A DNA stretch of 51,699 nt from an uncultured Pseudomonadales bacterium (GCA_964544755.1 CAZJDL010000006.1:1-51699), one strand, 5' to 3'; counted from the stretch's first letter, positions 39,753 to 50,861 are shown. Translations and numbers: made by a program. The notes: a model not told the origin generated them from the sequence alone.

Positions 39753-41120
39753 TCAACTTTCCAGATAAAGCTCCGGCTGGCGGGCGGCAACCACGCTCTG
39801 CAGGTAGTTGCTTGCGAGTAATTTTGGCACCTGCCGCGCATCGACGGCGCGGCTGATAAAAAACCCCTGAATCGAATCGCAATGGCACTTCTGCAAAAAC
39901 TGCACATGTTTTTCGTTTTCAACGCCTTCGGCGACCACCAGTAAGCTCAGGCTGTGGGCAATATCGATCACAGCGCGGGTAATGGTAGCGTCGACGTGGT
40001 TTTCGGTGACATCACGAATAAACTGGCGGTCAATTTTAAGGATGTCGGCGGGGAAGCGCTTTAATAAGCTGAGCGAGGAATAGCCTGTGCCGAAGTCGTC
40101 AATTGCGATATGTATACCCAATTCCCGCAGTCTATTGAGGCGCAAAATAGTCATGCTCTGCGCGCCAATGAACATGTTTTCGGTGATTTCCAGAATCAGG
40201 TGCTTAGGCGGGAAGCTGCAGCGGCGCAGAATTCGCTCAATTGAATTGACCAGGTTTTTGTTTTGAATTTGCTGCGCCGACAGATTGACTGAGATTCTGT
40301 CGACTCCGTATTTCGTGACGCTGGCCAACCACCTGTTGCCGTGCTCGCAGGCCGTGCTCAGCACGAACTCGCCGATAGCGGTAATCATGCCGGCCTCTTC
40401 GGCAATCGGGATAAACTTGTGCGGCGATATCCACCCCAATTGTGGATGACGCCAACGCGCCAGCGCTTCCAGTGCCGTGATCTTGCCACTGGTTAAATCC
40501 AGCTTGGGCTGATAGTAAACTTCAATCTCGTCGTTAGTCAGCGCTTTGCGCAGGTCGAGCTCCAGGTTCAAGTGCGACAGCAGTAGCCTCTGCGCGGTTG
40601 CACTGTAAAAACTACAGGTATTACCGCCGCTTTGTTTGGCTTCTGCGACAGCAATGGCAGCTTGCTGGGTTAATTCCTCCGCCGAGCGTGCCCGTGCCGG
40701 AAAGTCGCTAATACCCGCGCTGGCGGTTAACAGCAGCTCTTGTTCGTCAACAAAAATTGTGTCGCGTATGCTGCGTAGTGCACGCTGCCCCAAAACGCGC
40801 AACTGTGCCGGTTTTTCATTGGCGAGCAATACGGCGAACTCATCGTTGCCCATATGCGCTACTGCAAGCGCCGTAGGAAAAGCGTGCAGCAAACGTTTGG
40901 CGACAACTTCCAGCGCCTGGTAGCCGGACTCGTGACCCAACACGGCATTGATAGTGTAAAAGCGGTCAAGGTCAAAAAAGATCACAGCCGCCGAGCCTTG
41001 CGTACCCACCCTGGCGACCGCGTTTACGCTGGCGTTGAATTCGGCGCGGTTGGCGAGCAGGCCAACGCCGACATTGAGATGAGTAGCGCTGAAACCTGGG
41101 TGGGCGTCCATTGGTGGCAT
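39753..41120 (-). CDS. GGDEF-EAL protein, probably a c-di-GMP phosphodiesterase
   Basis: Degenerate GNDEF; intact YQPK, EALARW, LEITE, DDFGTGYSS, LKID, VAEGVE, QGF. Confidence 0.88.
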   Translation of the reverse strand: MPPMDAHPGFSATHLNVGVGLLANRAEFNASVNAVARVGTQGSAAVIFFDLDRFYTINAVLGHESGYQALEVVAKRLLHAFPTALAVAHMGNDEFAVLLANEKPAQLRVLGQRALRSIRDTIFVDEQELLLTASAGISDFPARARSAEELTQQAAIAVAEAKQSGGNTCSFYSATAQRLLLSHLNLELDLRKALTNDEIEVYYQPKLDLTSGKITALEALARWRHPQLGWISPHKFIPIAEEAGMITAIGEFVLSTACEHGNRWLASVTKYGVDRISVNLSAQQIQNKNLVNSIERILRRCSFPPKHLILEITENMFIGAQSMTILRLNRLRELGIHIAIDDFGTGYSSLSLLKRFPADILKIDRQFIRDVTENHVDATITRAVIDIAHSLSLLVVAEGVENEKHVQFLQKCHCDSIQGFFISRAVDARQVPKLLASNYLQSVVAARQPELYLES

Positions 41121-41225
41121 TCCTGCAATTCCTTATCGCGAAAGTTTAACAAATATACACCTGAGTGAGCAGATTAAAAATGTGGAATAAATCCGACAAC
41201 GGGTTAACTTTGATAACATGCGCGC

Positions 41226-43388
41226 ATGGATGTTACTGCTATTCTCGACCCGCTAAACGGACCGCAGCGTCAGGCCGTTACCGCGCCGGGCGCCAACTTG
41301 CTGGTATTGGCCGGCGCCGGCAGCGGCAAAACACGCGTGCTGGTGCATCGTATTGCCTGGCTGGTGCAGGCGCAGGGCGTGTCGCCCTATAGCATTTTAG
41401 CGGTCACGTTTACCAATAAGGCGGCCCGGGAAATGCGCTATCGCATTGATGAACTGTTGGGCGTTTCTACGCGCGGTATGTGGGTGGGCACATTTCATGG
41501 GCTGGCACACCGCTTGCTGAAGGCGCACTGGCAGGACGCAAAGCTGGTGCAGAATTTTCAAATTCTCGATTCCGACGATCAGCTGCGGGTCATAAAACGC
41601 ATTTGCAAAAGCATGGCGCTGGACGACAGCCGGTGGCCGCCGAAGCAGGTGCAATGGTGGATCAACGGGCAAAAAGATGAGGGCCGTCGCGCCGCGCATA
41701 TCGCGCCGGAAGCCGACGTGTTTCACGAGACCATGCTCAAAGTCTATCGCGCCTACGAAGAAAGTTGCGAGCGCGGCGGTATGCTTGATTTTGCCGAGTT
41801 GCTGTTGCGCGCGCACGAGCTGTGGCTACACTGCCCCAGCGTGTTGGCGCATTATCAGCAGCGCTTTCAGCAGATACTGGTCGACGAGTTCCAGGATACC
41901 AATGCCATCCAGTATGCCTGGTTGCGGGTGCTGGCCGGCCAGCGCGTTCCCATCACTGCCGTGGGTGACGACGACCAGTCTATTTACGGCTGGCGCGGCG
42001 CGCGCATCGAAAATATTCAGCAGTTCAGCAATGACTTCGAAAATACCGAGCTGATAAAGCTGGAACAAAACTACCGCTCAACCAGCACGATTCTGTCCGC
42101 CGCTAATGCACTGATTGCCAACAACTCGGGCCGCATGGGCAAAAATTTGTGGACCGAGGGTGGCGAAGGCGAGCAGATCTCACTATACGCTGGCTTTAAT
42201 GAGCTTGATGAAGCACGCTACATCGTCGAGCGCGTCGAGGAAATTCTGCAACAGGGAAACAAGCGCGTCGATGTCGCGATACTGTACCGCTCTAACGCGC
42301 AATCACGTGTGCTGGAAGAAACCTTACTGCGGCGGAATATTCCGTACCGCGTTTATGGTGGCCAGCGCTTCTACGACCGGCTGGAAATCAAAAACACGCT
42401 GGCCTACATGCGCTTGTTAGTTAACCCCGACTCGGACGCGGCGTTTGAACGAGTGGTTAATGTGCCCACCCGAGGCATCGGTGGCAAGACGTTGGAAGAA
42501 ATCCGCGTGCTGGCGCGCGAACGGCAGCTTTCATTGTGGCAGTCAGCCACGCAGTTGCTGGCGGAGCAGCGCTTAAGCAGCCGTGCTGGCAACGCGTTGG
42601 CGCGGTTTATACAATTGATTGGTAAACTGAATACCGAAACCGATGGCTTTACCCTGCCGGAACTGGCCGATCATATTCTCGCCGCGACGGGCCTGCTGGA
42701 CTACCACGCCAAGGAGAAGGGCGAGAAGGGCCAGGCGCGGGTGGAAAACCTGGAAGAACTGGTCAGCGCCTGCCGCAGTTTTGAGCCGGAGGATGAAGGG
42801 CTGGCGCCGTTGCAGGAGTTTCTCGACAGCGCCGCGCTGGACGCCGGCGATACCCAGGCTGACGAATACGAAGACAGCGTGCAGCTGATGACTTTGCATT
42901 CAGCCAAGGGGCTGGAATTTCCTTTTGTGATGTTGGCGGGCATGGAGGAAAACTTGTTCCCGCATCGCATGTCGATGGAAGAGCCAGGCCGGCTCGAAGA
43001 AGAACGGCGCCTTTGCTATGTGGGTATCACGCGCGCCATGCAGAAGCTGCATTTAAGCTATGCCGAAGTGCGTCGTTTGCACGGCAGCGACACCTACAAC
43101 GCCCCATCGCGCTTTCTGCGTGAAATACCCGCTGAGTTGATGCACGAAGTGCGCCTCAAGGGCAGCGTGCGGCGGCCCGTCAGCTACGGTGGTTTCGGCC
43201 GCCACAACATGGCAGCGGAGGTGCCTAATACCGGCTTTGAACTCGGCCAGCGTGTGCAGCATAAAAAATTTGGTGAGGGTGTTATTTTAAATTTTGAGGG
43301 GCAAGGTGACAACGCACGCGTGCAGGTTAATTTTAGCGAGGGAAGCAAATGGCTGGTGCTGTCATTCGCGAAACTGGATGCGCTGTAA
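41226..43388 (+). CDS. uvrD: DNA helicase II UvrD
   Basis: AGAGSGKTRVL, TFTNKAA, VDEFQD, VGDDDQSIY, QNYRS, HSAKGLEF, EERRLCYVGITRA, C-terminal HKKFGEG. Confidence 0.97.
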   Translation: MDVTAILDPLNGPQRQAVTAPGANLLVLAGAGSGKTRVLVHRIAWLVQAQGVSPYSILAVTFTNKAAREMRYRIDELLGVSTRGMWVGTFHGLAHRLLKAHWQDAKLVQNFQILDSDDQLRVIKRICKSMALDDSRWPPKQVQWWINGQKDEGRRAAHIAPEADVFHETMLKVYRAYEESCERGGMLDFAELLLRAHELWLHCPSVLAHYQQRFQQILVDEFQDTNAIQYAWLRVLAGQRVPITAVGDDDQSIYGWRGARIENIQQFSNDFENTELIKLEQNYRSTSTILSAANALIANNSGRMGKNLWTEGGEGEQISLYAGFNELDEARYIVERVEEILQQGNKRVDVAILYRSNAQSRVLEETLLRRNIPYRVYGGQRFYDRLEIKNTLAYMRLLVNPDSDAAFERVVNVPTRGIGGKTLEEIRVLARERQLSLWQSATQLLAEQRLSSRAGNALARFIQLIGKLNTETDGFTLPELADHILAATGLLDYHAKEKGEKGQARVENLEELVSACRSFEPEDEGLAPLQEFLDSAALDAGDTQADEYEDSVQLMTLHSAKGLEFPFVMLAGMEENLFPHRMSMEEPGRLEEERRLCYVGITRAMQKLHLSYAEVRRLHGSDTYNAPSRFLREIPAELMHEVRLKGSVRRPVSYGGFGRHNMAAEVPNTGFELGQRVQHKKFGEGVILNFEGQGDNARVQVNFSEGSKWLVLSFAKLDAL

Positions 43389-43427
43389 CTAACGTGACAT
43401 GGTATTAATTTTTCGGGGAGAGTCACG

Positions 43428-44534
43428 GTGAAGACGATAAGCAACCTGCTATTGATATTGTGCCTGGGTGTTCTTGGTGGCTGCAATGGTGACAGTGCGC
43501 CAGCAAGTACATCCGTTAGCGAGGAGCAGCCCGCGCAAACGTTTAAGTGGAAGCTGGTGACAACCTGGCCAAAAAATTACCCTGGTTTGGGCATGGGGCC
43601 GGAAAACTTCGCCACACTGGTCGAGCAGATGAGTAATGGTCGCTTAAAGATAAAAGTCTACGGCGCCGGCGATTTAGTGCCGGCCATGGAGGCCTTCGAT
43701 ACGGTACAGCAGGGTACCGCGGAGATGAGTCACGGCGCCGCCTATTACTGGAAGGGCAAGTTGCCAGTGGCGCCTTTTTTTTCCGCCGTCCCGTTTGGTT
43801 TCACCGCACAGGAGATGAATAGCTGGCTATACCATGGTGGTGGCATGGAATTGTGGCAGGAGGTATACGCGCCGTTTAACTTAATACCGCTGGCCGGCGG
43901 TAACACCGGCGTGCAAATGGCCGGTTGGTTTAATAAGGAAATCAATTCGTTGAAAGATCTTAAAGGTTTGAAAATGCGCATTCCCGGGCTGGGCGGCGAT
44001 GTGCTAAATCGCATTGGCGGCACGGCGGTGAATTTGCCCGGCAGTGAGTTGTTCACGTCGTTGCAAACCGGGGTTATCGACGCCACCGAGTGGGTCGGCC
44101 CGTACAACGATTTAGCGTTTGGGCTGTATAAAGCGGCGCAATACTACTACTACCCGGGTTGGCACGAGCCGGGCCCAACGCTGGAATTTACGGTAAACAA
44201 AACGGCATTCGAGAGTTTACCAGCAGATTTACAGGCGATAGTGACAACCGCCGCCCGCGCCGTGAATCAGGATATGCTGGACGAATTCACCGCGGCCAAC
44301 AATGCCGCCCTGAAAACCCTGGTGGAAAAGCATAACGTTCAGTTACGCCGCCTGCCGGATGACGTTATCCGCGAGTTACACAGAGCCTCCGACCAGGTAT
44401 TGGAGGAAATGGCCGCCTCCTCACCACAGGCGCAAAAAATTTACGACTCGTTCACCGAGTTTCGGGATAACGTCAGAGCCTGGCATGCGGTCTCGGAGAA
44501 GGCGTATTCCGAAGCGCGTGATTTGGAATATTAG
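43428..44534 (+). CDS. dctP: TRAP transporter substrate-binding lipoprotein (DctP/TakP-like)
   Basis: Lipobox [49 protein letters not shown]. Confidence 0.92.
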   Translation: MKTISNLLLILCLGVLGGCNGDSAPASTSVSEEQPAQTFKWKLVTTWPKNYPGLGMGPENFATLVEQMSNGRLKIKVYGAGDLVPAMEAFDTVQQGTAEMSHGAAYYWKGKLPVAPFFSAVPFGFTAQEMNSWLYHGGGMELWQEVYAPFNLIPLAGGNTGVQMAGWFNKEINSLKDLKGLKMRIPGLGGDVLNRIGGTAVNLPGSELFTSLQTGVIDATEWVGPYNDLAFGLYKAAQYYYYPGWHEPGPTLEFTVNKTAFESLPADLQAIVTTAARAVNQDMLDEFTAANNAALKTLVEKHNVQLRRLPDDVIRELHRASDQVLEEMAASSPQAQKIYDSFTEFRDNVRAWHAVSEKAYSEARDLEY

Positions 44535-44684
44535 TGTGGAGTGCTCGAAATACCAAGACAAATAATACCCTCCAATAGCGGGCACTTGTTCTGAGATAAA
44601 AGCTGTGTTGAGTCAGGTACTCATTAAGGAAGCTCTTTGGGCCTTTGGAGTCGAAATAACTCAGCACAAATTAGCGTATCCTCG

Positions 44685-45410
44685 TTAATGAAAAAACCAC
44701 TTACCATCATCAGGAAGCAATACATCTTTGAAATTTGTCCACGCCTCTTGACTAAACAAAGCATCAACAATCGAAGTATTGTCAGGAGCGATAGATATTA
44801 ACCCCGCCAATGATGCATAAATCACAACTGTTTGAATTTTTCCTACCGGTGTTTTTAAGCTATAAAATTTTAAAGCAGTCCCCAATGATCTTTTGACACG
44901 TTTGTTGCCCAAATCAACGCTATAGGTTTCATCCAGTGTTAAATGAAGCAAATAACCAAGACTAACCATAAATCCGTAAACCCATGATACTAGGGAGTTC
45001 AAACCAAAAATTGAATGCATCAAAATGGCTACAGCTACACCCCAAATTAGCGAAACGGGTACCGAGTGAAGCATACCTCGGTGTTTAGATATTTTACGAA
45101 ATAGCTCTAGTAAACCGTAGCGAATTCCAGCAAAAACAACTGCCGACATCAGTAATATTTCCATAACCGAATAGGTAGACGACTTGGTAAATATCAGAAA
45201 AATCGTCGCTAATAGAGCAAGAACGTTGAAGCCTACTTTAATGGCGGTTGAGTGTGCAGAATCAACGTCGGGTAGTAAGCCACCAAATACCCCTAAAAGA
45301 AATGCTATAACGCCTTGTTCAGGTGTAACTATCTTCATAGCCAAAAGCGTTCCTGATACCGCAGCCGATGCTGATGCGGCTACCGTAAAATGTGTATTGA
45401 AATTTGCCAT
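44685..45410 (-). CDS. Membrane-bound metal-dependent hydrolase (YdjM/DUF457-like)
   Basis: MANFNTH, GGLLPDVD, HRGMLHS, GYLLHLTLDE; visibly AT-rich. Confidence 0.85.
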   Translation of the reverse strand: MANFNTHFTVAASASAAVSGTLLAMKIVTPEQGVIAFLLGVFGGLLPDVDSAHSTAIKVGFNVLALLATIFLIFTKSSTYSVMEILLMSAVVFAGIRYGLLELFRKISKHRGMLHSVPVSLIWGVAVAILMHSIFGLNSLVSWVYGFMVSLGYLLHLTLDETYSVDLGNKRVKRSLGTALKFYSLKTPVGKIQTVVIYASLAGLISIAPDNTSIVDALFSQEAWTNFKDVLLPDDGKWFFH

Positions 45411-45495
45411 CTCTGTCTAAATTGTGCTCCTTGCGGATAGGGCAATCCGGGTAAGTGTGCATGCTGTCCACCCCGGGGAAGACGCGATGCCGCGT

Positions 45496-45682
45496 AAGTG
45501 GCACGGCAGCTACTATCCTGACGGCAAGAATCGACTTGCAATGGACGTAAAGCAGGGGATATTCAAGCGAGCGCCGCAAAATTCAGTTCGATTTCGCAGT
45601 GATCGGTGCGAAAAGCGAGGCGAACGGGTATTCTATAACTGTGAACTTTGGGAGGAAAGGGATTTATATACTTACTATACCC
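45496..45682 (+). repeat. ~170-bp repeat, copy 1, ending in an ISCR/IS91 oriIS-like motif
   Basis: Aligns with 50941-51114 (23-bp identical core CTTGCAATGGACGTAAAGCAGGG); ends GGGATTTATATACTTACTATACCC. Confidence 0.7.
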
Positions 45683-45862
45683 CTATTCCTCACTCCACGT
45701 AGACTGACTGTTCGATTCCACCGACCCCGGAGCGTTCGAAAGCGAGCTCGACCAAGTGTTTGCCGAGCGAGTACACGTTTCGCCTAAAAACCCAATAATT
45801 TTTTGGAGCGGTGGATCGTGAATAGATGAAATACAGAACCTTGATTTGCAGGGGCTGCCTCC

Positions 45863-48634
45863 TTAGCGGGTGAGGGAGGCTATATCTAGACCGTCTAGCC
45901 AGCTCTGGATTTCGGCACTTTTTTGTTTCGAGCCCAACTTTTTAAAAAGCACTTGGCTTGCACGATACATGGTCTGTGCTTGTTCCAAGTCGTCACGACC
46001 ACGGTAGAGGTGGCCCAGTTCTGCGTAACTACCCGCCTGTTGGGCTGTGTGATTGAGCTTTTTATTAAGTGCTAAGGCGTGCTTGTACATGGACTCTGCC
46101 GTATCTGTCTTTCCCTGTCTCCGATATAAAAACCCGAGGTTGGTATAGTTGACGGCAAGGCCTGCCTGGTTACCCAGGTGCTTGTCGAGATCAAGCGCCT
46201 TGTGACACACTGCGACGGCTTCAGACAGATCACCGACCCGGCGGTAAACTTCACCTAAGCCTGTGTAATCGCTGGCCATGCCAGGTTTATAGCCCAACTG
46301 TTCATTCAGACGTAGCGCCTCGCGGAACATCCGCTCCGCTTGTTGCCAATTGCCCCGACTCTGAGCGACCCCACCGAGATCAGAATAAACGAGAGCCATA
46401 CTGGCTTTGCGGCCCAAAGCCTTGTTAATTCGGAGCGCCTCGTGGTACATCCTTTTGCCTTGCTCCAACGATCCCTGAGCAATGTAGACGCCGCCGAGAT
46501 TAGCGTAGTCAACCGCGACCCCGGTCCTATCGCCTAGAGTTTCATGGATCGCCAGGGCATCACGATACATCGTCTGAGCCTGATTGAATTTTCCTTGCGT
46601 GGCATACAGCCCCCCCAAGTGATTATAGGTGCGCGCTAAACCCGCCTTATCACGGTGTGTGTTGTATATGCTGAGCGCTTCCCGGTATTTGGCTTCGGCC
46701 TCTTCTGGGTTACTTGCAGATTGTGAGGTAGCGCCTAAGCGTTCATACGCGAGGGCGACCGCGGCTTCGTCCTGCGTAGCTCGGCCTAATTCTAACGCTT
46801 TATTGTATGCAAGTTCGGACTCGCCTAGTCGCCGTGTGTGCTGGAGCAGATAAGCTAACAGGTTCCAGGTGCGCCCAGATTTACGATCCAATTTCGTGGC
46901 TTCACGATAAATCCTGATAGCGAGCTCCAAATCAGTTAGCGTAGCTACAGAGGCTCGATGACGGAGGATCAAGGCTGCTTCGAAAGCCTGGCCGCCCGCC
47001 GCGGCCTGCTGGGCTAGCTGCTGAAGGATAGCCAGTGCTGGTTTGCTTTGGCCCTGAGCCAGTTGCTCCATCATGTCTGTAGTATTCGTTTTCGCATCGT
47101 CCCCCGTGCGGGCGAGGAATACGATGGCTTCGCTCAGCGCTTTGACTTGCTCCTGGTATGCAGGGTCACTGGGCTCCGAGACCAACAGTTGTTGGCGCAA
47201 CGGCTCAGTCAGACTTGCCGTTACAGACGCTGCCCGCTGCATCGCAGTGGCCTCTTGTTGTGCGTGGCTGATAGTTTGCCCAGTACCTATCGAGATGACC
47301 AGCAGGGCGAGGCACAAGAAATAGCGGGCGAAACGCATTTTCCGGGAACTACTCGAATTCTGAGCAGAAACTACAGACACTTCGATCTTCCCAAACATCC
47401 AGTGGAGACCGATAAGGCCAAGCAACGCGATTCCGGCAAGAGTTAAGGGATTGCCAAGGTGATTTCCAAGGTAAGGCAAAATTCGGGCAAGTTCAGCACG
47501 AAGGTCAACAGAAGGCGCTGACGGTAAGAAAGGCGGCAGGTCCAATGCACGCTCAGCGAACCACAACAAGGCGATGCCAGCAATGCCGGCAGAGCCAACG
47601 CTCAACCCCACACGCGTATAGATGCTTTCTCTGCGCAGGCTGAGAGCCAGGGGCAGCAGCACTGCAACAATGGCAAGCTGGCCGATTTCCACGCCCAGAT
47701 TAAAACCAAAAAGCGAAAGCGCAAGCATGCCTTGCGGCAGACCAAGCTCCTGTAACACCGCGGCGAACCCAAAACCATGGATTAGGCCAAACCCAAAAGC
47801 AACGGCCCAAAGGCGCTGCGTTACTACTGGATATATATTGTTAATTGCGGCGATCAAGATCGACAAAGCAATAAGAGATTCAACGACACGAGAGGGGGGC
47901 GTGATAAAACCGAAAGCCGCGACACTAAGTGTAATTGAGTGAGCCAAGGTGAATGCCGTTACCATCTTTAGAACACCAATCAGTACGTCGCGGTAACTGT
48001 TTGCAACTAGCGATACTCCGGGCTGTCGGGTCGCTACCGTGGCTAAGAGAAGCGTTAGCAAAAAAAGAATATGGTCGAAGCCGGCCCAGATATGCCAAAT
48101 ACCTTCGTTGACATAATCCCGGAATGAATGCCATTGGCTAAACTCAACAAGCTTGATGTTTCGAGTGTCTTGAGAGTGGGTGAAGATCGCCGTGTGCGTG
48201 CGGTCCTCGTGTTCCAGACGTAGGAGCCCGCGATGCAGGGGGTCAACGTCGAAAAACAGGTTGTAATTTATCGTTAGCGATCGAAGGGGCGCGGGACAGC
48301 TACCAACAAAACGTATAATCGCAAACCTGCCTACGGCCTCGTGCTTGGCTTGATGAACGTCACAGGGCGTATCGCCGACTGACAGGGTCAGTCGAGACAA
48401 CGCATAGTCCGCAATCGCATCGAGGTGCCGGCGCATCTCATCCTCGGTAACCTTGTAGTCCCCGTTGTCGTCAAAATCCGTGATTTGACTGAGCGTTCGA
48501 AGGCTGACGCCCAGTTCTGCATCAATGACATCTTCGTCGACCGTCAGGTGAAGATAGCTATCACCGCCCCCTTGATGGCCAAACGCCGTGGAAGAAAGCG
48601 TCACGATCACGCTGAGAAGTAACAGATATCTCAT
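45863..48634 (-). CDS. HupE/UreJ-family membrane protein fused to a TPR array
   Basis: Signal peptide + AFGH; GIWHIWAGFDHILFL, TAFTLAHSITL, FGLIHGFGFA, FNLGVEIGQ; about nine ~40-aa TPR-like repeats. Confidence 0.85.
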   Translation of the reverse strand: MRYLLLLSVIVTLSSTAFGHQGGGDSYLHLTVDEDVIDAELGVSLRTLSQITDFDDNGDYKVTEDEMRRHLDAIADYALSRLTLSVGDTPCDVHQAKHEAVGRFAIIRFVGSCPAPLRSLTINYNLFFDVDPLHRGLLRLEHEDRTHTAIFTHSQDTRNIKLVEFSQWHSFRDYVNEGIWHIWAGFDHILFLLTLLLATVATRQPGVSLVANSYRDVLIGVLKMVTAFTLAHSITLSVAAFGFITPPSRVVESLIALSILIAAINNIYPVVTQRLWAVAFGFGLIHGFGFAAVLQELGLPQGMLALSLFGFNLGVEIGQLAIVAVLLPLALSLRRESIYTRVGLSVGSAGIAGIALLWFAERALDLPPFLPSAPSVDLRAELARILPYLGNHLGNPLTLAGIALLGLIGLHWMFGKIEVSVVSAQNSSSSRKMRFARYFLCLALLVISIGTGQTISHAQQEATAMQRAASVTASLTEPLRQQLLVSEPSDPAYQEQVKALSEAIVFLARTGDDAKTNTTDMMEQLAQGQSKPALAILQQLAQQAAAGGQAFEAALILRHRASVATLTDLELAIRIYREATKLDRKSGRTWNLLAYLLQHTRRLGESELAYNKALELGRATQDEAAVALAYERLGATSQSASNPEEAEAKYREALSIYNTHRDKAGLARTYNHLGGLYATQGKFNQAQTMYRDALAIHETLGDRTGVAVDYANLGGVYIAQGSLEQGKRMYHEALRINKALGRKASMALVYSDLGGVAQSRGNWQQAERMFREALRLNEQLGYKPGMASDYTGLGEVYRRVGDLSEAVAVCHKALDLDKHLGNQAGLAVNYTNLGFLYRRQGKTDTAESMYKHALALNKKLNHTAQQAGSYAELGHLYRGRDDLEQAQTMYRASQVLFKKLGSKQKSAEIQSWLDGLDIASLTR

Positions 48635-48973
48635 TGTTGAACCCCTTCAAGGCTGACGCACTGTCATCGAATATCAGCACGATTTGCGTGAAACCAGTTT
48701 GCAAGCCGGGGAGAGAACCCTGCTAAGTCAAGATGTTGCCGTTTAGGATGGAACAAAGGCGGGGGCCGATAGGCCCCTTTCCAGGTAAAAAGGGTAGGGA
48801 GCATGCGCGCAACACATTAGTATTATGACTTGCCTTTTTTCGGGTCAAACGATCTTTATCGCTGCGCAGCACAACTATTCAGTTCTTGAAACGAACGTGA
48901 CCAAAAACACTAAATCCTATGTCAGCGCGCAGAACGTGTTCCGCGCGCAATCCTGAAAAAACCAAAATATGAG

Positions 48974-50809
48974 TTACTGACTACAGGCTTGGCAGAGCTG
49001 TTCCTCTTCTGGATCACATCCAAATTTGTCGATCAGCTGTCGCTGTTCAGCGGTACAAATTAACGTTGATTCCCCCGCACCTTTTTCAAGCAACGCCTTC
49101 GATGCCAGCCTGGCTTCCGCGGCGCCCGCATAAGCAAAAGTAGAGACCTCCAGCGTCTTATAGCCGACGTGTTCCCGGCCATACTCATCGGTGGCGGTGA
49201 CTTTAATGGTGTGTAGCCCGGGCGAAATGCCATTGGCGGGTAAGTCCGCTATCCAGATGTGATCCGAGGTTTCGCCTTTTACCCAGGTCTTCTTGTCATC
49301 AGCCCGCTGATAGAGCTGATTGACATGAATGTCGACATTAGGCGTGCGTGTCATTTCCACGGTTTGACCGGCAACTTCAAACTTTGCACTCGAGTTTGGG
49401 CCGCCGTCAAAGAAATCAACATGCAGATCTGTAGCGAAAACCTGATCGTCGGTGATACGACAGTTGAAGATTTCGCCGAGATTATAATCCCGTGAGCCAT
49501 TTTTGCCGATACCGTGGTACTCGGTATCGCACAAAATCCGCATCTGCAGCTCTGCTTGTTTCTCCATGGGTACGTAGTTCGTTTGGTACTGGTTACCCTT
49601 GACTACTAATTCGTGCCAACCGTTTGGGGTTCCATCGCGCTGAACGCTCGTAGGGATACCCCTTTCATCAAACGGTCCGCTCCACCATGCACCCGAAATT
49701 GTCGTAAGTACATTCTCATGCCAGCCCTTGCCATTGTTCAAATTTCCGCACGCGCCCTCCCCATCGTAGTAAACGTGGTAGTTTTCGTGGGTATGGCCGG
49801 CAAACGAAACAACATTGTCGAATTTACTACAGACAATATCAAACAGATTTTGACGGTTATCCGTTGTAACGGCTGGTTCATCACTAAAGGGGTCTGTGAG
49901 AGGAATGTGCATCGAGACGACAATAAGCTTGTCCTCGGGTACGTACTCGACGAGATTTTTCAGCCAAACCAGTTGTTGGTCGGGGATGTGTCCCTTGTAC
50001 TCGCCTCGACCGCGTTCATCGTCGGGGTCCGTGCCTTCGTAATAGGTGCTGTCCAACGTAATAAAGAGCACATTGCTATAGTTGTGGGCGTAGTAGGTGG
50101 GGCCAAAGAAATGTTTAAAGGTCTCGGTTGAGAACGTGTCGTTTTCCGCGAGAAAATTCATTTCGTGATTGCCTGCCACGTTGTACCAGGGAGTGCCTAT
50201 TTCGCCGATGATAGCGTTGTAACGCGGAAATAGTGACATGTCATCAAACATGATATCGCCGTGTGTGATGCCTAATACGGCGTCCGTACCGATGGCTTGC
50301 GCAACGAAGTCATCGCGGATATACGTCACCTCTTTATCAGACATCGGCTGTGGGTCGGCGATCATAATCGTTTTAAAATTATCCGATTCTTCGGCGCTCA
50401 GCAGAGGGAAGTTGATTGCATCGGGCAATGACCCCGTGGGTTCAACCCCGACGAAACGCAAACCGGGAGGGCTGCCCTCAGGCTGATGGATGTAATGAAA
50501 CTGCGGCAGATTGTCCTTGTCGACCGGAACTTTGTATCCACTCGGCTTCACGACGGAGAAGACGGTAAAAGGTTCCTGGTCCAGTACTGTCAGCGACCAT
50601 TTCCCGTCGGCATCCGTCTCGACAACGTCACGACCATTTGTGACAAGCACACCGGCGAGGCCGGGCTCGCCTCCATCCAATACGCCGTCGCTATTCAGGT
50701 CTTCGAAGACGACACCTGTGGCTTCTTCTGATGCCGCGGACAATTCGCCCGAAATGGCGGCCCCAACCACAAGTGCCGCCAGCACAAAGCACGTGAAAGT
50801 AGTGTTCAT
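48974..50809 (-). CDS. Secreted calcineurin-like metallophosphoesterase
   Basis: Signal peptide, GVVFEDLNSDG..EPG N-domain, DPQ, GDIMFD, GNHE, HIP, GHTH, SGAWWSG. Confidence 0.88.
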   Translation of the reverse strand: MNTTFTCFVLAALVVGAAISGELSAASEEATGVVFEDLNSDGVLDGGEPGLAGVLVTNGRDVVETDADGKWSLTVLDQEPFTVFSVVKPSGYKVPVDKDNLPQFHYIHQPEGSPPGLRFVGVEPTGSLPDAINFPLLSAEESDNFKTIMIADPQPMSDKEVTYIRDDFVAQAIGTDAVLGITHGDIMFDDMSLFPRYNAIIGEIGTPWYNVAGNHEMNFLAENDTFSTETFKHFFGPTYYAHNYSNVLFITLDSTYYEGTDPDDERGRGEYKGHIPDQQLVWLKNLVEYVPEDKLIVVSMHIPLTDPFSDEPAVTTDNRQNLFDIVCSKFDNVVSFAGHTHENYHVYYDGEGACGNLNNGKGWHENVLTTISGAWWSGPFDERGIPTSVQRDGTPNGWHELVVKGNQYQTNYVPMEKQAELQMRILCDTEYHGIGKNGSRDYNLGEIFNCRITDDQVFATDLHVDFFDGGPNSSAKFEVAGQTVEMTRTPNVDIHVNQLYQRADDKKTWVKGETSDHIWIADLPANGISPGLHTIKVTATDEYGREHVGYKTLEVSTFAYAGAAEARLASKALLEKGAGESTLICTAEQRQLIDKFGCDPEEEQLCQACSQ

Positions 50810-50861
50810 TGTATTACCCCCTTTGTATGATTCAAGCAGGTGAATTGTCCCTGCATTAAGA

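Noticed and set aside
45424-45702. 92-aa ORF across repeat copy 1
   Set aside because: Copy 2 has frameshifts and a stop in the equivalent frame; no recognisable domain.
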